A stretch of DNA of 60,243 nucleotides, the filler included, from Squatina squatina (Eukaryota): the NCBI GenBank assembly GCA_031763465.1. It is 3 parts of 3 records of this genome, joined end to end, with 100 filler letters (N's around TTAATTAATTAA, not from the genome) between each part and the next. Parts side by side here need not be neighbours in the genome. Positions count along the whole stretch, not along the records: positions 26,214 to 40,634 come from JARFOE010000233.1; positions 40,735 to 60,243 come from JARFOE010000001.1; 1 more part is not named here. The stretch is one strand, 5' to 3'. The stretch's first letter is position 1; the number at the start of each line of letters is the position of its first letter. Of the stretch, positions 40,285 to 53,000 are shown in pieces. The notes beneath the pieces are model-generated. The model was not told the DNA's origin, searched no databases, and saw only the letters and a list, made by a program, of their open reading frames with translations. The position numbers and the translations under genes were made by a program.

Positions 40285-40634
40285 TTTATTTATGAAGTGT
40301 AGTCACTGTTGTTATATAGTCAAACACAGCAGCAAGTTTCCACATACTAAGGTCCGACAAACAGAAGATCAGATAAATGGCCAATTAATCTGGGTTTTTT
40401 TGGGTGTTGTTGGTTGAGGAAGAAATGTTGACGAAGACACCAGGAGAATTACACAGGTTGGATTACACAGGATATACAGCACAGAAGCAGGCCATTCGGC
40501 CCAACCAGTCCATGACAGCATTTATGCTCCACTTGAGCTTCCTCCTGTCTTCCCACATCTAACTCTATCAGCATAACCCTCTATTCCCTTCTCCCTCATA
40601 TGCTTATCTAGCCTCCCCTTAAATGCATCTATAC
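40285..40634 (-). mobile_element. DeuSINE fragment with an adjacent CR1 3' end
   Basis: GAAGTGTAGTCACTGTTG...GACACCAGGAGAA (Deu tail, reverse), then AGCAGGCCATTCGGCCC...CCCCTTAAATGCATCTAT. Confidence 0.65.
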
Positions 40635-40734
40635 NNNNNNNNNNNNNNNNNNNNNNNNNNNNNNNNNNNNNNNNNNNNTTAATTAATTAANNNNNNNNNN
40701 NNNNNNNNNNNNNNNNNNNNNNNNNNNNNNNNNN
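40635..40734. other. artificial scaffold linker N44-TTAATTAATTAA-N44
   Basis: Identical in design to 26114-26213. Confidence 0.97.
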
Positions 40735-40830
40735 CTTGTCAAAAGCCTTGCTAAAATCCATGTAGATGACATCAAACGCGCGACCGTCTTCAACCTTCCT
40801 TGTTACCTCAAAAAAAATTCATTCAAGTTA
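40735..40830 (-). mobile_element. CR1 RT fragment
   Basis: Minus strand encodes DVIYMDFSKAFDK. Confidence 0.7.
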
Positions 40831-41793
40831 AGAAACAGTGAAAAATACTGTACAGCAACTTAGGTCTTCAAAGAGTTACAGCTGATTGGGCAGTGAACAA
40901 GTGAACTGTCCGTGGCTGTAAACATACCCTGCAGACAGATTCTGCTCTACATGTGATCACATTCAGAATAGTAACATTTTACCACAGGGCACTTCTACCC
41001 AGACTAAGTAATCTGGAAACAAAGCACACATTTTATTTTCCCTGAGTTAAATGTCACTGAGGAAGAGTGCTTGGCAAAATAGGTCAATATTGTGTACTTG
41101 GACCAAGATGGTTCAGTTTTTTTTCAGGCCGGCAACCATATAATTGCTGTTGAGACTGGCAATGAAATGGTGCAGGTACCATCAGTGTCTACACATACTG
41201 CATCAATGAACCCCCTCACCTGACAAAAAAAGGTTTAGACTAGACCATCACTTAACTGTTTGAGGTAGTTTTACTCCTGCAGCAAGAACTGTTTCCATAA
41301 AAGCACAATTTAAACTGTTTAAAACTTTGAAAACTTATCAAACCAGTCACTAAGGATACAAATTTATAAAAACATTTACAACACAGTACATACACGGAAA
41401 GTGAGTAAAGTGTAATGTAAAATTACAATAATTGAAGTGCCCTGGTTTCCAAAACATGGACAATAAAAGTAAGTTGTGCACAAGCACCCTTCCCAAAAAA
41501 GGTCTTATAAACCCTTAATGCATTGCAATCTACTGCGCTTGGTGCAAATAAACTTGAACAGAAAAGCTTATAAAAAGGATGAATAGTTAAACAATTAATG
41601 CTTTTGTTGTGAGATCTAGTAGCAAACTAAAGGAATGTTAATCTGTGCATATTTAACAGGTTCTTGCAAGGCAGCAAGCACGAGAGCAAGAAGATTTTAT
41701 GTACAAAAAGTATTAGTGCAACCTTTGATATCTACAATATTGTTCACACAACTTCAGGTTTTGGCTACAAAGCAGCAAACACAAAAGATACTG

Positions 41794-43236
41794 CTACATA
41801 CATTCAACCTGAATCAGTAGGCTGAATATTAAGGCACTAATTAGATTCTGAGTGAGAAAAAACTGCTTTCTTCTTAAAATTCCCAATTTATGATAAGATG
41901 TGCCAAGTCTTGGNNNNNNNNNNNNNNNNNNNNNNNNNNNNNNNNNNNNNNNNNNNNNNNNNNNNNNNNNNNNNNNNNNNNNNNNNNNNNNNNNNNNNNN
42001 NNNNNNNNNNNNNTCGTTGGCAACTTGGCAGGGCATTGACTTCTTGCTTGCGAAGTGCTTAACTTCTGTAGATGGTGAATTGTTAAGTCCATTCTCATTA
42101 CTTGTCCTTTCTTTGTGCTTTCTCTTCCCTTTTAGTTCACATAAAGCATGACCTGCAGAGTTTAAACTTTGTGTTTCAAATGTATTAACAGCAGGGGCAT
42201 TTATTTCACTGCGTGGATCACTATTTTCTTCAGTGTACCTCTGAAGGTTACTTGTGCCTTTAATAGCAGATGAGCTATTTTTGGAATGCTGCCAAGCACC
42301 ATAATTTCTGAAATGGCTCTGCTCCAGAGAGTTGATCTTCCTTAGAAATACCCTGCACTCTTTAAAATTCCCCAGTTTCCAGTTTGCATTTCTGAAAGTG
42401 TCTTTCTGTTGGCCCCCCACAACAGATTCTTGTTCTGAATGTTGTGCTGTACTTTCTAGTTTATCTGTTTTGTTGCATTTAGATTTTTTTGTTGAATTTA
42501 AGGTCTGTACATCTGCACAACCAGATAAACCAGCATCAAGGTTACTTATAGATATAAGTTTATCTTTGTTTTCATTTTCCTTTCCATTGGGCAGCAATAC
42601 AGATGGAAAGCTTTCAGATGGAAAGCTATTTATTTCAAGCTCAGTTTTTTGACTACTTTTGCTTTCTACAATGTTCACAGAGTCTTGTTTCAGACTTTGG
42701 TATTGTGGATTACCATTTACATGTTTCCAAACAGACTTCCATTGTTTGTATTGAACTCTGTGATGGTTCGACATTTTTTTGTGGCTTGAATGTTGTGGTT
42801 TACAGCAAACAATTTTGTTATGTTCTACCAGAAGCCTTCTTTTAGCTTTAAAGACTTTAAACTTGGACATTCTGTTTGACAGTCGGAAATGCCCTCTTGA
42901 TCTTACAGGGGATTCTAGTGCAAATTTTTTAAGGTGCTTTTTCAAATGTTCTGTCTGAGGGCTTGGGCAGATATCAACTTGACTTCCTGCTGCTATAACT
43001 CCTCTAGCATTCAGAACTTCAATAGGATCACGTGCATTTTCTTTTCTTACAATGGATAAAGAATGAGTTTCTGTTGTTTGCATAAACCATGCACGAATTT
43101 TATCCATATTATAATTTCCCTGAAACAACATTTGGATAGGAGAAATTTGAACCTGCTCATTATCATCTGCAACCATCACCGATTTGGTTACTCCTTCTAA
43201 CCGAATTGGATATTTTCTTTTGTCAGAAGTTAGTGC
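41794..43236 (-). CDS. LCORL: LCORL PALI2 exon, 3' part (second half of PIP-like region); true stop uncertain because of gap 41914-42013
   Basis: ISPIQMLFQ...AWFMQTTETHSLSIVRKENARDPIEV and KKHLKKFALESP match the PALI1/PALI2 PRC2-interacting region as I recall it. Confidence 0.8.
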   Translation of the reverse strand, partial: ALTSDKRKYPIRLEGVTKSVMVADDNEQVQISPIQMLFQGNYNMDKIRAWFMQTTETHSLSIVRKENARDPIEVLNARGVIAAGSQVDICPSPQTEHLKKHLKKFALESPVRSRGHFRLSNRMSKFKVFKAKRRLLVEHNKIVCCKPQHSSHKKMSNHHRVQYKQWKSVWKHVNGNPQYQSLKQDSVNIVESKSSQKTELEINSFPSESFPSVLLPNGKENENKDKLISISNLDAGLSGCADVQTLNSTKKSKCNKTDKLESTAQHSEQESVVGGQQKDTFRNANWKLGNFKECRVFLRKINSLEQSHFRNYGAWQHSKNSSSAIKGTSNLQRYTEENSDPRSEINAPAVNTFETQSLNSAGHALCELKGKRKHKERTSNENGLNNSPSTEVKHFASKKSMPCQVANXXXXXXXXXXXXXXXXXXXXXXXXXXXXXXXXXXPRLGTSYHKLGILRRKQFFLTQNLISALIFSLLIQVECM

Positions 43237-43290
43237 TCAAGATGTGGGATGTTACTGTTTGAAAAAGGACCCCCTAATTTTAACCACCAT

Positions 43291-43813
43291 GGGGCCGAAA
43301 TTGGGCTCCTTTAATGTCCCACTGGCATCTCCGAGGAGCGCTAATGGGATGTTTTTAAAAAAAATAAAAAAATTTTAAATGGCGTCGGCAGACGGCCATC
43401 TTGCCTCCCCCCAAATTAAGCTGGGGCCTTTACACCCACTCGGCTGATTTTCGCAGTGCATCGGCACATGACATCAAGAAGCACGCCGACCCGCACCGCG
43501 CAGCTGCAATGCCCTCGGCACTTCGTTTGCATTCCGCAGACGGAATTCTGTTGCTGCAACGGGCCTCTGAAAAGGGGAAGGCGTCTGCGCCTCCGGGTGT
43601 AGTGGGCCCTTGGCTGGATCAGGACACCATAGAAACATAGAAGTTAGGAGCAGGAGTAGGCCTTTCGGCTCTTCGAGCCTGCTCCGCCATTCAATGAGAT
43701 CATGGCTGATCATCCAAATTCAGTACCCTGTCCCTCCTTTCTCCCCATATCCCCTGATCCCTTTAGCCTTAAGAACGATATCTAACTCCTTCTTGAATAT
43801 ATTTAATGATTTG
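43291..43813. mobile_element. Harbinger-like terminus/MITE (43291-~43625) plus a CR1 3' end on the minus strand (~43628-43813)
   Basis: GGGGCCGAAATT terminus; CATAGAAACATAGAA tail and minus-strand FKKELDIVLKAKGIRGYGEKGGTGY* (CR1 ORF2 C-terminus). Confidence 0.75.
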
Positions 43814-43913
43814 NNNNNNNNNNNNNNNNNNNNNNNNNNNNNNNNNNNNNNNNNNNNNNNNNNNNNNNNNNNNNNNNNNNNNNNNNNNNNNNNNNNNNNN
43901 NNNNNNNNNNNNN

Positions 43914-46900
43914 CCTGTAAACTTTGTTTTGAAGTGGAGGTGTGCCACCACCTGAGCGAAGTGCTGGATATAAAAATTGGATCTGCTGACATTTCAAAAC
44001 CAGAGTCAAGTTCAGCTACTTCATTCTTGGTTTCCTCCTTATTACTCTCGGATGTCACATTTGAGGCGATATTTTCAGATACCATTTTAATACCCAACTT
44101 TCTGCTTTTAGCAAGTTCATTCCCTGCTTTGTTTAGAAGCAGCTTCCGAGATTTACGTACCAAGGCACTACTTTGAGAAAATGAACAAGAGTTTGCGAAG
44201 GAATGCAGGAAGTACAAAGATGGTTTTCTAATTCTAATAGAATGCCTCAAAGGTAGGGTAGATTTTACTTTCTTCTCGCCAACAATTTCTTTTGAGCTTG
44301 TTTCACAATCATTTTGAATTCTTACAGAAGACTCTTTATACAAATCACAGTCTTTGATAGGAGTATCTGCACATAATTTATTAGAAGGCGGAGACTCTTG
44401 GTCTAATGGAGGTAATACACTATTAATACAGACTTTTCTTTCCTGAGGTGATACTGCATCAACAGTTACAGATATACCTGAAATCTTCACTTTTGCAGGA
44501 CGCCCAGGTTTTCGCTGTCCACCTTTGTAAGTTTTAACAGCTGTAGGCTTACTATTTTGACAAATAGCATTGCCACTGGTATGAAGTGAAGCAGTTTTTT
44601 CTTTTATGGGCCTAACTAAATCATATCCATATTCACTTTCAGTCAATGAAGATGCAGAACCATCAGATTTGCCTTCCAATTCCTCTGCAGCAGAGCCCGG
44701 TGCAATTTCTTCTATTTGCTTCAAATCACTGTCATTAGTATTTGTAAGGTGATTATTTGCTATAATTTTATCATTCTCAGACACAAATCTTTTGAACCTT
44801 CTTGATCTTCCATAGACAACAGTAATTCTAATATTACGGCTATCATCTGTGAAAGGTGGATATGATGCATTGAGTTTTTCAGTATCTGGAGCTTCAGCTG
44901 TACACTCAACAGGTTCTGATAACTCTACTTTAGGGTTAGGTGGTCTGCCCTTGGGCCTTTTAACCTGCTTTTCCACTGGTGGACCTAGTTTTTTGGGACG
45001 ACCAGGTTTTCGTTTTAGAATTGATTCATCCATTTCCTTTGAAGCCACCGTTATTTCTACCATCTGATCAGTGATTTCAACTTCAGCATCATTTCTTGCA
45101 TAACTGCTTGAGCAACAAAGAGAACTATTACAATTGTGTGCATCAATTTTAAGATTGCAATTTACTTCCTCACTGGTTGTTGGAGAACTTTCTGAACAAC
45201 TCTGGAAACATTCTGTTGCATTACANNNNNNNNNNNNNNNNNNNNNNNNNNNNNNNNNNNNNNNNNNNNNNNNNNNNNNNNNNNNNNNNNNNNNNNNNNN
45301 NNNNNNNNNNNNNNNNNNNNNNNNNNNNNNNNNNNNNNNNNNNNNNNNNNNNNNNNNNNNNNNNNNNNNNNNNNNNNNNNNNNNNNNNNNNNNNNNNNNN
45401 NNNNNNNNNNNNNNNNNNNNNNNNNNNNNNNNNNNNNNNNNNNNNNNNNNNNNNNNNNNNNNNNNNNNNNNNNNNNNNNNNNNNNNNNNNNNNNNNNNNN
45501 NNNNNNNNNNNNNNNNNNNNNNNNNNNNNNNNNNNNNNNNNNNNNNNNNNNNNNNNNNNNNNNNNNNNNNNNNNNNNNNNNNNNNNNNNNNNNNNNNNNN
45601 NNNNNNNNNNNNNNNNNNNNNNNNNNNNNNNNNNNNNNNNNNNNNNNNNNNNNNNNNNNAAGTTCCCCACTTGTCAACAAATTTTGAGTTACCCTTAGTG
45701 CAAATATCAATACAAATGTCAGGTTGTGCAGGGCTATTATGTTCCATGGAACAAACAGTTTCCAATCGGTCAGTGTTTAACACTGTAGGCGCCTGTTGCT
45801 TTCTATTATTGCATTGATCCATAAGTTTATTTGGTCCTCGTGATGTGTGAAGCATCACCTCAGGTGAATTAGGCTCATTTGTATGTTCTTCATTGCCCAA
45901 TGAATTATCAATGCTATTACTATTTGTACTCAGGACCTCAGGCTGACCAGAAGCTGATACTTCAAAACTTTCAGTCACTTCATATACAACTACGCTCGCC
46001 TGCTCTTCACTATGCAGCCCTTGTTTCATAGGGCTATCAGTGTTCGACATTTCACAAGCACTATTCTCACAGTCCATACCAGATCTTTTTGTCTTAATAT
46101 GTCTTCGCTGGAGATTTTCTGAAAAACAGGCAGCATAGAACATTTTTCTGGGCTCAGTAATGTATATAGAAAACCTTTCTGGAGGCAGAATATTTCGTTT
46201 GGCCCTGCCAATGTTGGACCTATAATCCATTTTCTCAGAATTTTGTAAGACCACAGGAGTTTCTTTACAACCATGATCAGCTGTTGACTTCTCAGTATTC
46301 TCCCCTGGAGTCTCTACACTTATTTCATGTACCTCAGGAGTGTTTAACAGATCTGAGCTTGAACTCTCATTTGATGAATTTAAACCCTCGGTCACATCTC
46401 TAGTTTCACTTGTTACACATTCTCCGGATAAGCTCTTAAATTCAGCTTCACACTGATCAGGGAAACTAAGATGTGTATTTATGCTGTTAACATTCTGCAA
46501 ATCTTCACTGATGAGTGAATAGTCTCTTTCTGGTGAACTTGTATCTTTAATGCAACTCTTTGCTGACCTCTTCCCAAATTTTTCAGTTGTTGATTTTTTA
46601 CTTAAAAAAAGCTGGTCAAGATTTGCAAGGTCTCTTTTTATTTGCACTGTTTGGCGTCGTGATGATGGAGAATCTGGANNNNNNNNNNNNNNNNNNNNNN
46701 NNNNNNNNNNNNNNNNNNNNNNNNNNNNNNNNNNNNNNNNNNNNNNNNNNNNNNNNNNNNNNNNNNNNNNNNNNNNNNAGAATCTGGAGAATTATGCAGG
46801 GCAATTAATGTTTCTTGACGTTTCCGGAAACGGGTTTGAATTATTCGGTTTTCCTCATGCTGCTTAAGTAACTCCATTAGGCTATAATCACTGACTTTTG

Positions 46901-47744
46901 CTTTGTGTAGCAAAGTAGTTGCAATTTCTCTCAATTTAAGACTACCGTTACTTCCTTGGTAAGAATCACTGCTGGAGAGGCTGGCCAAAATTTGGCCTTC
47001 ATCTGATGCTTCTATTGATTTTAATTTTTCATTTATTCGCTCCATTACCTCCTGAAATGAAGCAGAATTTTCACCTTTTTCCAGATCATTCTCAGACTCT
47101 GATGATCTACTAATTTCACAATCAACTACCTCAAATTCATCTTGCTGGATTTTTTCTGCAAACTTTGATTTGGTCTGAGTTTGGCTCGAGACCCCTGAGC
47201 CACAATCATCTTCCTCTTCTGGTGAAAGAGAGGGAGGTTGGGTGATGATAAGTTCAATACTATTAGCATCCAAGGCTGAAACAGTTTTGCTCAGTCCATC
47301 AGTTTCAAAGCCGTCAGTTCTTACTGGCGATAAAGGTGGAGGGGATGGACTTCGTGGTCTACTATAATCTTTGACATTGCATGTCAGGTCAGAAGATTCT
47401 GTTGCTTCTATACTGCAAGTCTCTTCAACTGGAAGTTCACTGCAAGCTTGAATGGTAGCTCCTTCAGCATAAATACATCCAGAAAAATGTTTATAGGACC
47501 CAGTGTAAACTTGGTATATACTGCTCTTGTTACACTCTTTGCAAACTCCATTACTTATTATTGTAAAGCACCCAAGAGTGCCTTTTTTGCAAGATAAACA
47601 ATGTAGACCTTTCATGAAACTGTAGTGAGGAACCCATGGAAAACGAACTGGCTGTACAGTTCGCAAGGAGCTACTTTCACACCATCTGATTCCACTACAA
47701 TTACACAATTCCTCAGTTGCTTTATTTTCTTTGAAATCAAATGT
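43914..47744 (-). CDS. LCORL: LCORL PALI2 exon, main part (AT-hooks, start of PIP-like region); 5' end truncated
   Basis: ORFs 46638-47708 and 43720-46647 merge through a 10-bp overlap at the 46679-46778 gap (IIQTRFRKRQETLIALHNSPDSPSSRRQTVQIKRDL). AT-hook-like KRKPGRPKK, KRPKGRPP and RKPGRPAK; ITVVYGRSRR; SLRWW. Confidence 0.85.
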
Positions 47745-47789
47745 TTATGGTTTCAGACCCCATTGCAATATTGAACAAATAACCTTGGC

Positions 47790-48184
<395 letters not shown>

Positions 48185-49789
48185 TAGGCAAATGTTTTTA
48201 GATAAACAGTTTTCATCATACCTGTGATAAAATAATTGACTATAATTATTTGTTTTTGGTTTTAGTTTTTGCCTGCAGAGGACAATAGAAATGTACTAAG
48301 CTGTGGACATCAACTAGAATAGAGAGATGTGATATTATGACCAGAACAGAAACTTGGCNNNNNNNNNNNNNNNNNNNNNNNNNNNNNNNNNNNNNNNNNN
48401 NNNNNNNNNNNNNNNNNNNNNNNNNNNNNNNNNNNNNNNNNNNNNNNNNNNNNNNNNNTGCATTAGACACTTTAGCATTGTAGTAAGAAGTTTCTGATGA
48501 TTAGGGCATAATGTAGATAAAATTTCATTCAATGCGGTTACTTTGCAGTTTATGCAACCAATTTTTCCGGTAGAGTTGGACACCATTCCTGCATCAGTTT
48601 CCATCTCATAACTGTAAAAATAAAATAAATATAAATAAAACATGGCATTGCAATTTTTACTTCTAGAAAAAGGCCACAATTATTAAAGATAACTAAATTA
48701 TTTAAATACATCTCACTAAAAACATTACACTGAAAACTCAAATGTTCAAAATCAGCTCCTTGTAGAGATGCTCACTTGTAAAGTGAGAACTAGTTTTTGA
48801 CACGATAGAATAATATGCCAAAATCTTTCTACCTACACACGAATATCCTGCAAAAAAGATAGAAATATCATAAAAGCTACAGCACTTTTTTTCCATACAT
48901 CTTAAATTATTTATACATCAAAGGAATACAATCGCCATTTACACTAGGTTTGAAGTGAGGGTTTGGCATGCGCAAATTAGATTTAAAAGGGAAATCAAAA
49001 CAGCAAAAATTCAGAGAATGCCGATGTGCTTCGGTTGAGTTATTTTGAAAAATCCAGAAAAATACATCTTTAAGTTGTCATTACTAAATTTTGAGTAACT
49101 ACACAACTTTGTGCAAATATTTAAATAATCTGCTTTTGGGGAGGAAAAAAATGTACCCCAACATGATATTTGACTTGCTGGCGTCATGCATAACTATTGT
49201 ACATGAAATTAAGTTAAAGTCATCAGATCATATCAAACAGAAATAAACAGACACAATTACATTAATTTCCAATTTCAGTTTATAACATTAATCTGAGGGA
49301 TTCGCTTCCATTTCCATGCATGTTGGCGTAAAATTTAAATCCTACGCAAGTTGTTAGCCTAGTTGTTCTACAACATGGTAAAGATTCAAGAGATGTCTAA
49401 AAATGGAATGCCTGAGAAATACCATTACAAATGAAATTTATACTCATTTTTCATTCAAGGAGAAACCATAATGTTTTTCTTTAAAGAAAGCTTAACTTTA
49501 AATAAACACCCAGTCTCAGAAAGTTTCTTTAAACAGATATTGGATAGCAGTGAATGAATGTAGGTGACTGGCATTTATGGTGTGAAAATATGCTCAGACT
49601 GCTAATTGGTTATGAGTGACACAACTATACTTGAGACTAGCAACTACAAAGTTTTACATTCCAGAGCAGCCAAGAGTTTNNNNNNNNNNNNNNNNNNNNN
49701 NNNNNNNNNNNNNNNNNNNNNNNNNNNNNNNNNNNNNNNNNNNNNNNNNNNNNNNNNNNNNNNNNNNNNNNNNNNNNNNCCCTATTAAA

Positions 49790-50075
49790 ATCAAGAACAA
49801 GGAGACAGATATAATCTTAAAATTAGAGCTAGGCCAGTTAGGAGCAAAAGGGAAAAGCACTTTTGCACAAGGGTTAGTAGAAATCTGGAACTCTGGTTCC
49901 TAAAAGGTTGCAGATGCTAGGACAATTGGAGCTTTTAAGACAGATAAATAGATTTTTGTTAGGTAAGGGCATCTGGGGATATGGAGCAAAGGCAGGTAAA
50001 TCAAGTTGAGGTACAGATCAGTCATGACTTGATTGATGGCAGAGCAGGCCCGAGGGGCTGAATGGCCTAATCCTA
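49790..50075 (+). mobile_element. CR1 LINE 3' end
   Basis: ...GGGGATATGGAGCAAAGGCAGG...GAGCAGGCCCGAGGGGCTGAATGGCCTAATCCT. Confidence 0.7.
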
Positions 50076-53000
50076 ACATATTTAACAGTATCCATATTTA
50101 ACGATAAGCTAGTTTATGCATTCCTCTTCCACCTTCTCACTAATTAGCCCACTAATCTAGTGCGTAAAGGTATCACCTTTACTTGATATGTACGTGTTCT
50201 TCTCATAACTCAAACTACAGAGCATTAAATGATTTCCAATACAGCTTGTACTATTGGCTGTAAAATAGCCATTATTTACCTTCAAAACAAAATATAAAAT
50301 GTTTTTGAAAATTTCAGTGAAATATTATGGAGTAGAGAAGATACTGTGGACATTCACAGAAATAAACCCCGATCATGTCCATTGATTACATTTTAAAACA
50401 GAACTTTAACACTTCTGTTGTTCCTTCACTCAAGTATTACCACGACACATCTTAAGATAAACAAAGAAAATTCCTTAAAATAACCCCAAATCTTGATCTT
50501 CAAATGTGATAAAATCTAGATGAATTAGAACTGTTTCCATTTAAGGATATAAAATTAGGGTTTTAGGTGGGTGAAAAGCTAAGCTACTCCAGAGTTTTTC
50601 TTACGTTGTATAGATGACTGCAATTTCATCAAAAACCAAAAACGTGATGTTGTCTTGTGCTGATATTATATCACGTTATCAGAAACCATGTGTGCATTAT
50701 GAAAAGATATGCCAATTTATGTTGTGGAAGTTCCTAATGTGTTAGAGGACCTACAGATTCAAATGGTTTGCCACCTTATCACTCCTTGGGGTAGAATTTC
50801 TGCAAGGGTTGTCTTGATATCCTGCTATAATATTGCCACAAACACAGGAGAAACTGTTTATGCCTTTTCTCCTGGGGTTATACCAAAGTTTCTGCAGGAA
50901 ATCAGGAGAACCCCTGTGGAAATTCTACCCCTTATCTCTAAATAAAGCAGAAACAACTTTTATAAGCAATAATTAATACATTTCTTTGCAAAATGGGACT
51001 GAAATGCACAGGTTACTAACGCAAGCAAGTGTGCGCATATTGTCAATATTTCTCAGAGTACAAATGAAGTTCTATTGCTGCTGAGGTACTCTGGCTAGCA
51101 TAACTGGAGAACAGAAGTAAGAGAAAATGTTAGTAATAGTCATGCAAAATAGCTTAAACTCCTGATTTTGTTCTGTCTACTAGGATGCAGAATAATGATT
51201 ACTGAAGACATACAACTTTACCATCTACCTGTACATAAAAAAGACAACTTGATCACATTTTACTAGTTTTCAATTTTATGTGCAAAAGCATCAAAGTGCT
51301 TTACTACAAATTACAACCTATAAACACAATAATTAAAACAGTCTGTACAGATTGAGGATTATTAAACAACACATCATAGGAAAACAGAATCACAGTAAAT
51401 GTTTAACACCAAAGACACATTGTCCAGATAACATTGTTTTCATTAGAAAATATTGTAATAAATAATTCATGAATATAGTGCAATTGATTTATGCATAAAT
51501 ATAACTAATCATCTAAAATCAGTTTTACATTAACCATTTTTTTTTAAATCAAGGCAGCCACAGAGTTTAGCTATATTACTGTGATAATGGAAATACTGTA
51601 CTGCAATTTGAAAATAAACAGAAGTGATAAATCTGTACTTACTGTAAACAACTAAAAATCAGTTTTACTAAACATAATATACAATATAAAATTTCCCCAT
51701 TATCTACCAGAAATGGTTTTAAACATTACTGAGCAGTAATTCTAAAAACAGAGGCACTGTTTTGTAATACAAAATTTTTTCCAGAAACATTCTTAAGTAC
51801 TAAAGTTGGGTGTCACGATATTAACGTATTTTATCGGGGAAAAATCCCATTAGAACAGATAGTGGCACAGTAGTTAAATAAGTCGTGTTTCAGGAATCTG
51901 CTTTCCTACCACTTAAGGTAATTAAAAACTTGTGTTTTATACAATTTACAAAAGGCTAAGAAGCTCCCACAAAATTAAGAAAAATGAGAAACTACTAAAT
52001 TTGTTCCATTCAATTTCAAGAACTTATTTCAAACGAATAATGCCAGTGAACCTCTAAAAAGTTTAAATGTTTTTCTGATTTTAAATGGTGCATTTCCTCC
52101 ATTCAACCTAAAACTGATTTGCTTACCAAATGTATGTATTTTCTCAGTTACTTTAATCTTTTGCTCTGAAAATAAAAATTTGAAATGCCATTGTAATATC
52201 TGACTACAAAAAGATTACTTTTCCTGTTACATGATTCAGATTACTAATAGCCTTAGAACGTAAAAATAGCAAGAAGTGATGGAGAGGAATCAGAACGATG
52301 ACCATGCATTTTACATGACTGTCATAATATCGTGACATCCATAGTACTAAGTTAGAACCATGACTTTTAGGGCTTGCTCAACATTTCAATTACTTTTGCT
52401 CAAAATGTGGCCAAATTCTAAATATTACTGGATTGAATCGTGTCACTTTCTTTTTATGGCATGTTAGCAGAATGATGCCACAGTTATACTGCCAAACTCA
52501 GTAGTTGGCAGAGCANNNNNNNNNNNNNNNNNNNNNNNNNNNNNNNNNNNNNNNNNNNNNNNNNNNNNNNNNNNNNNNNNNNNNNNNNNNNNNNNNNNNN
52601 NNNNNNNNNNNNNNNNNNNNNNNNNNNNNNNNNNNNNNNNNNNNNNNNNNNNNNNNNNNNNNNNNNNNNNNNNNNNNNNNNNNNNNNNNNNNNNNNNNNN
52701 NNNNNNNNNNNNNNNNNNNNNNNNNNNNNNNNNNNNNNNNNNNNNNNNNNNNNNNNNNNNNNNNNNNNNNNNNNNNNNNNNNNNNNNNNNNNNNNNNNNN
52801 NNNNNNNNNNNNNNNNNNNNNNNNNNNNNNNNNNNNNNNNNNNNNNNNNNNNNNNNNNNNNNNNNNNNNNNNNNNNNNNNNNNNNNNNNNNNNNNNNNNN
52901 NNNNNNNNNNNNNNNNNNNNNNNNNNNNNNNNNNNNNNNNNNNNNNNNNNNNNNNNNNNNNNNNNNNNNNNNNNNNNNNNNNNNNNNNNNNNNNNNNNNN

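Noticed and set aside
43720-43813. C-terminus KSLNIFKKELDIVLKAKGIRGYG as part of the 975-aa ORF
   Set aside because: It is a CR1 ORF2 tail, in frame across a 100-N gap by chance.
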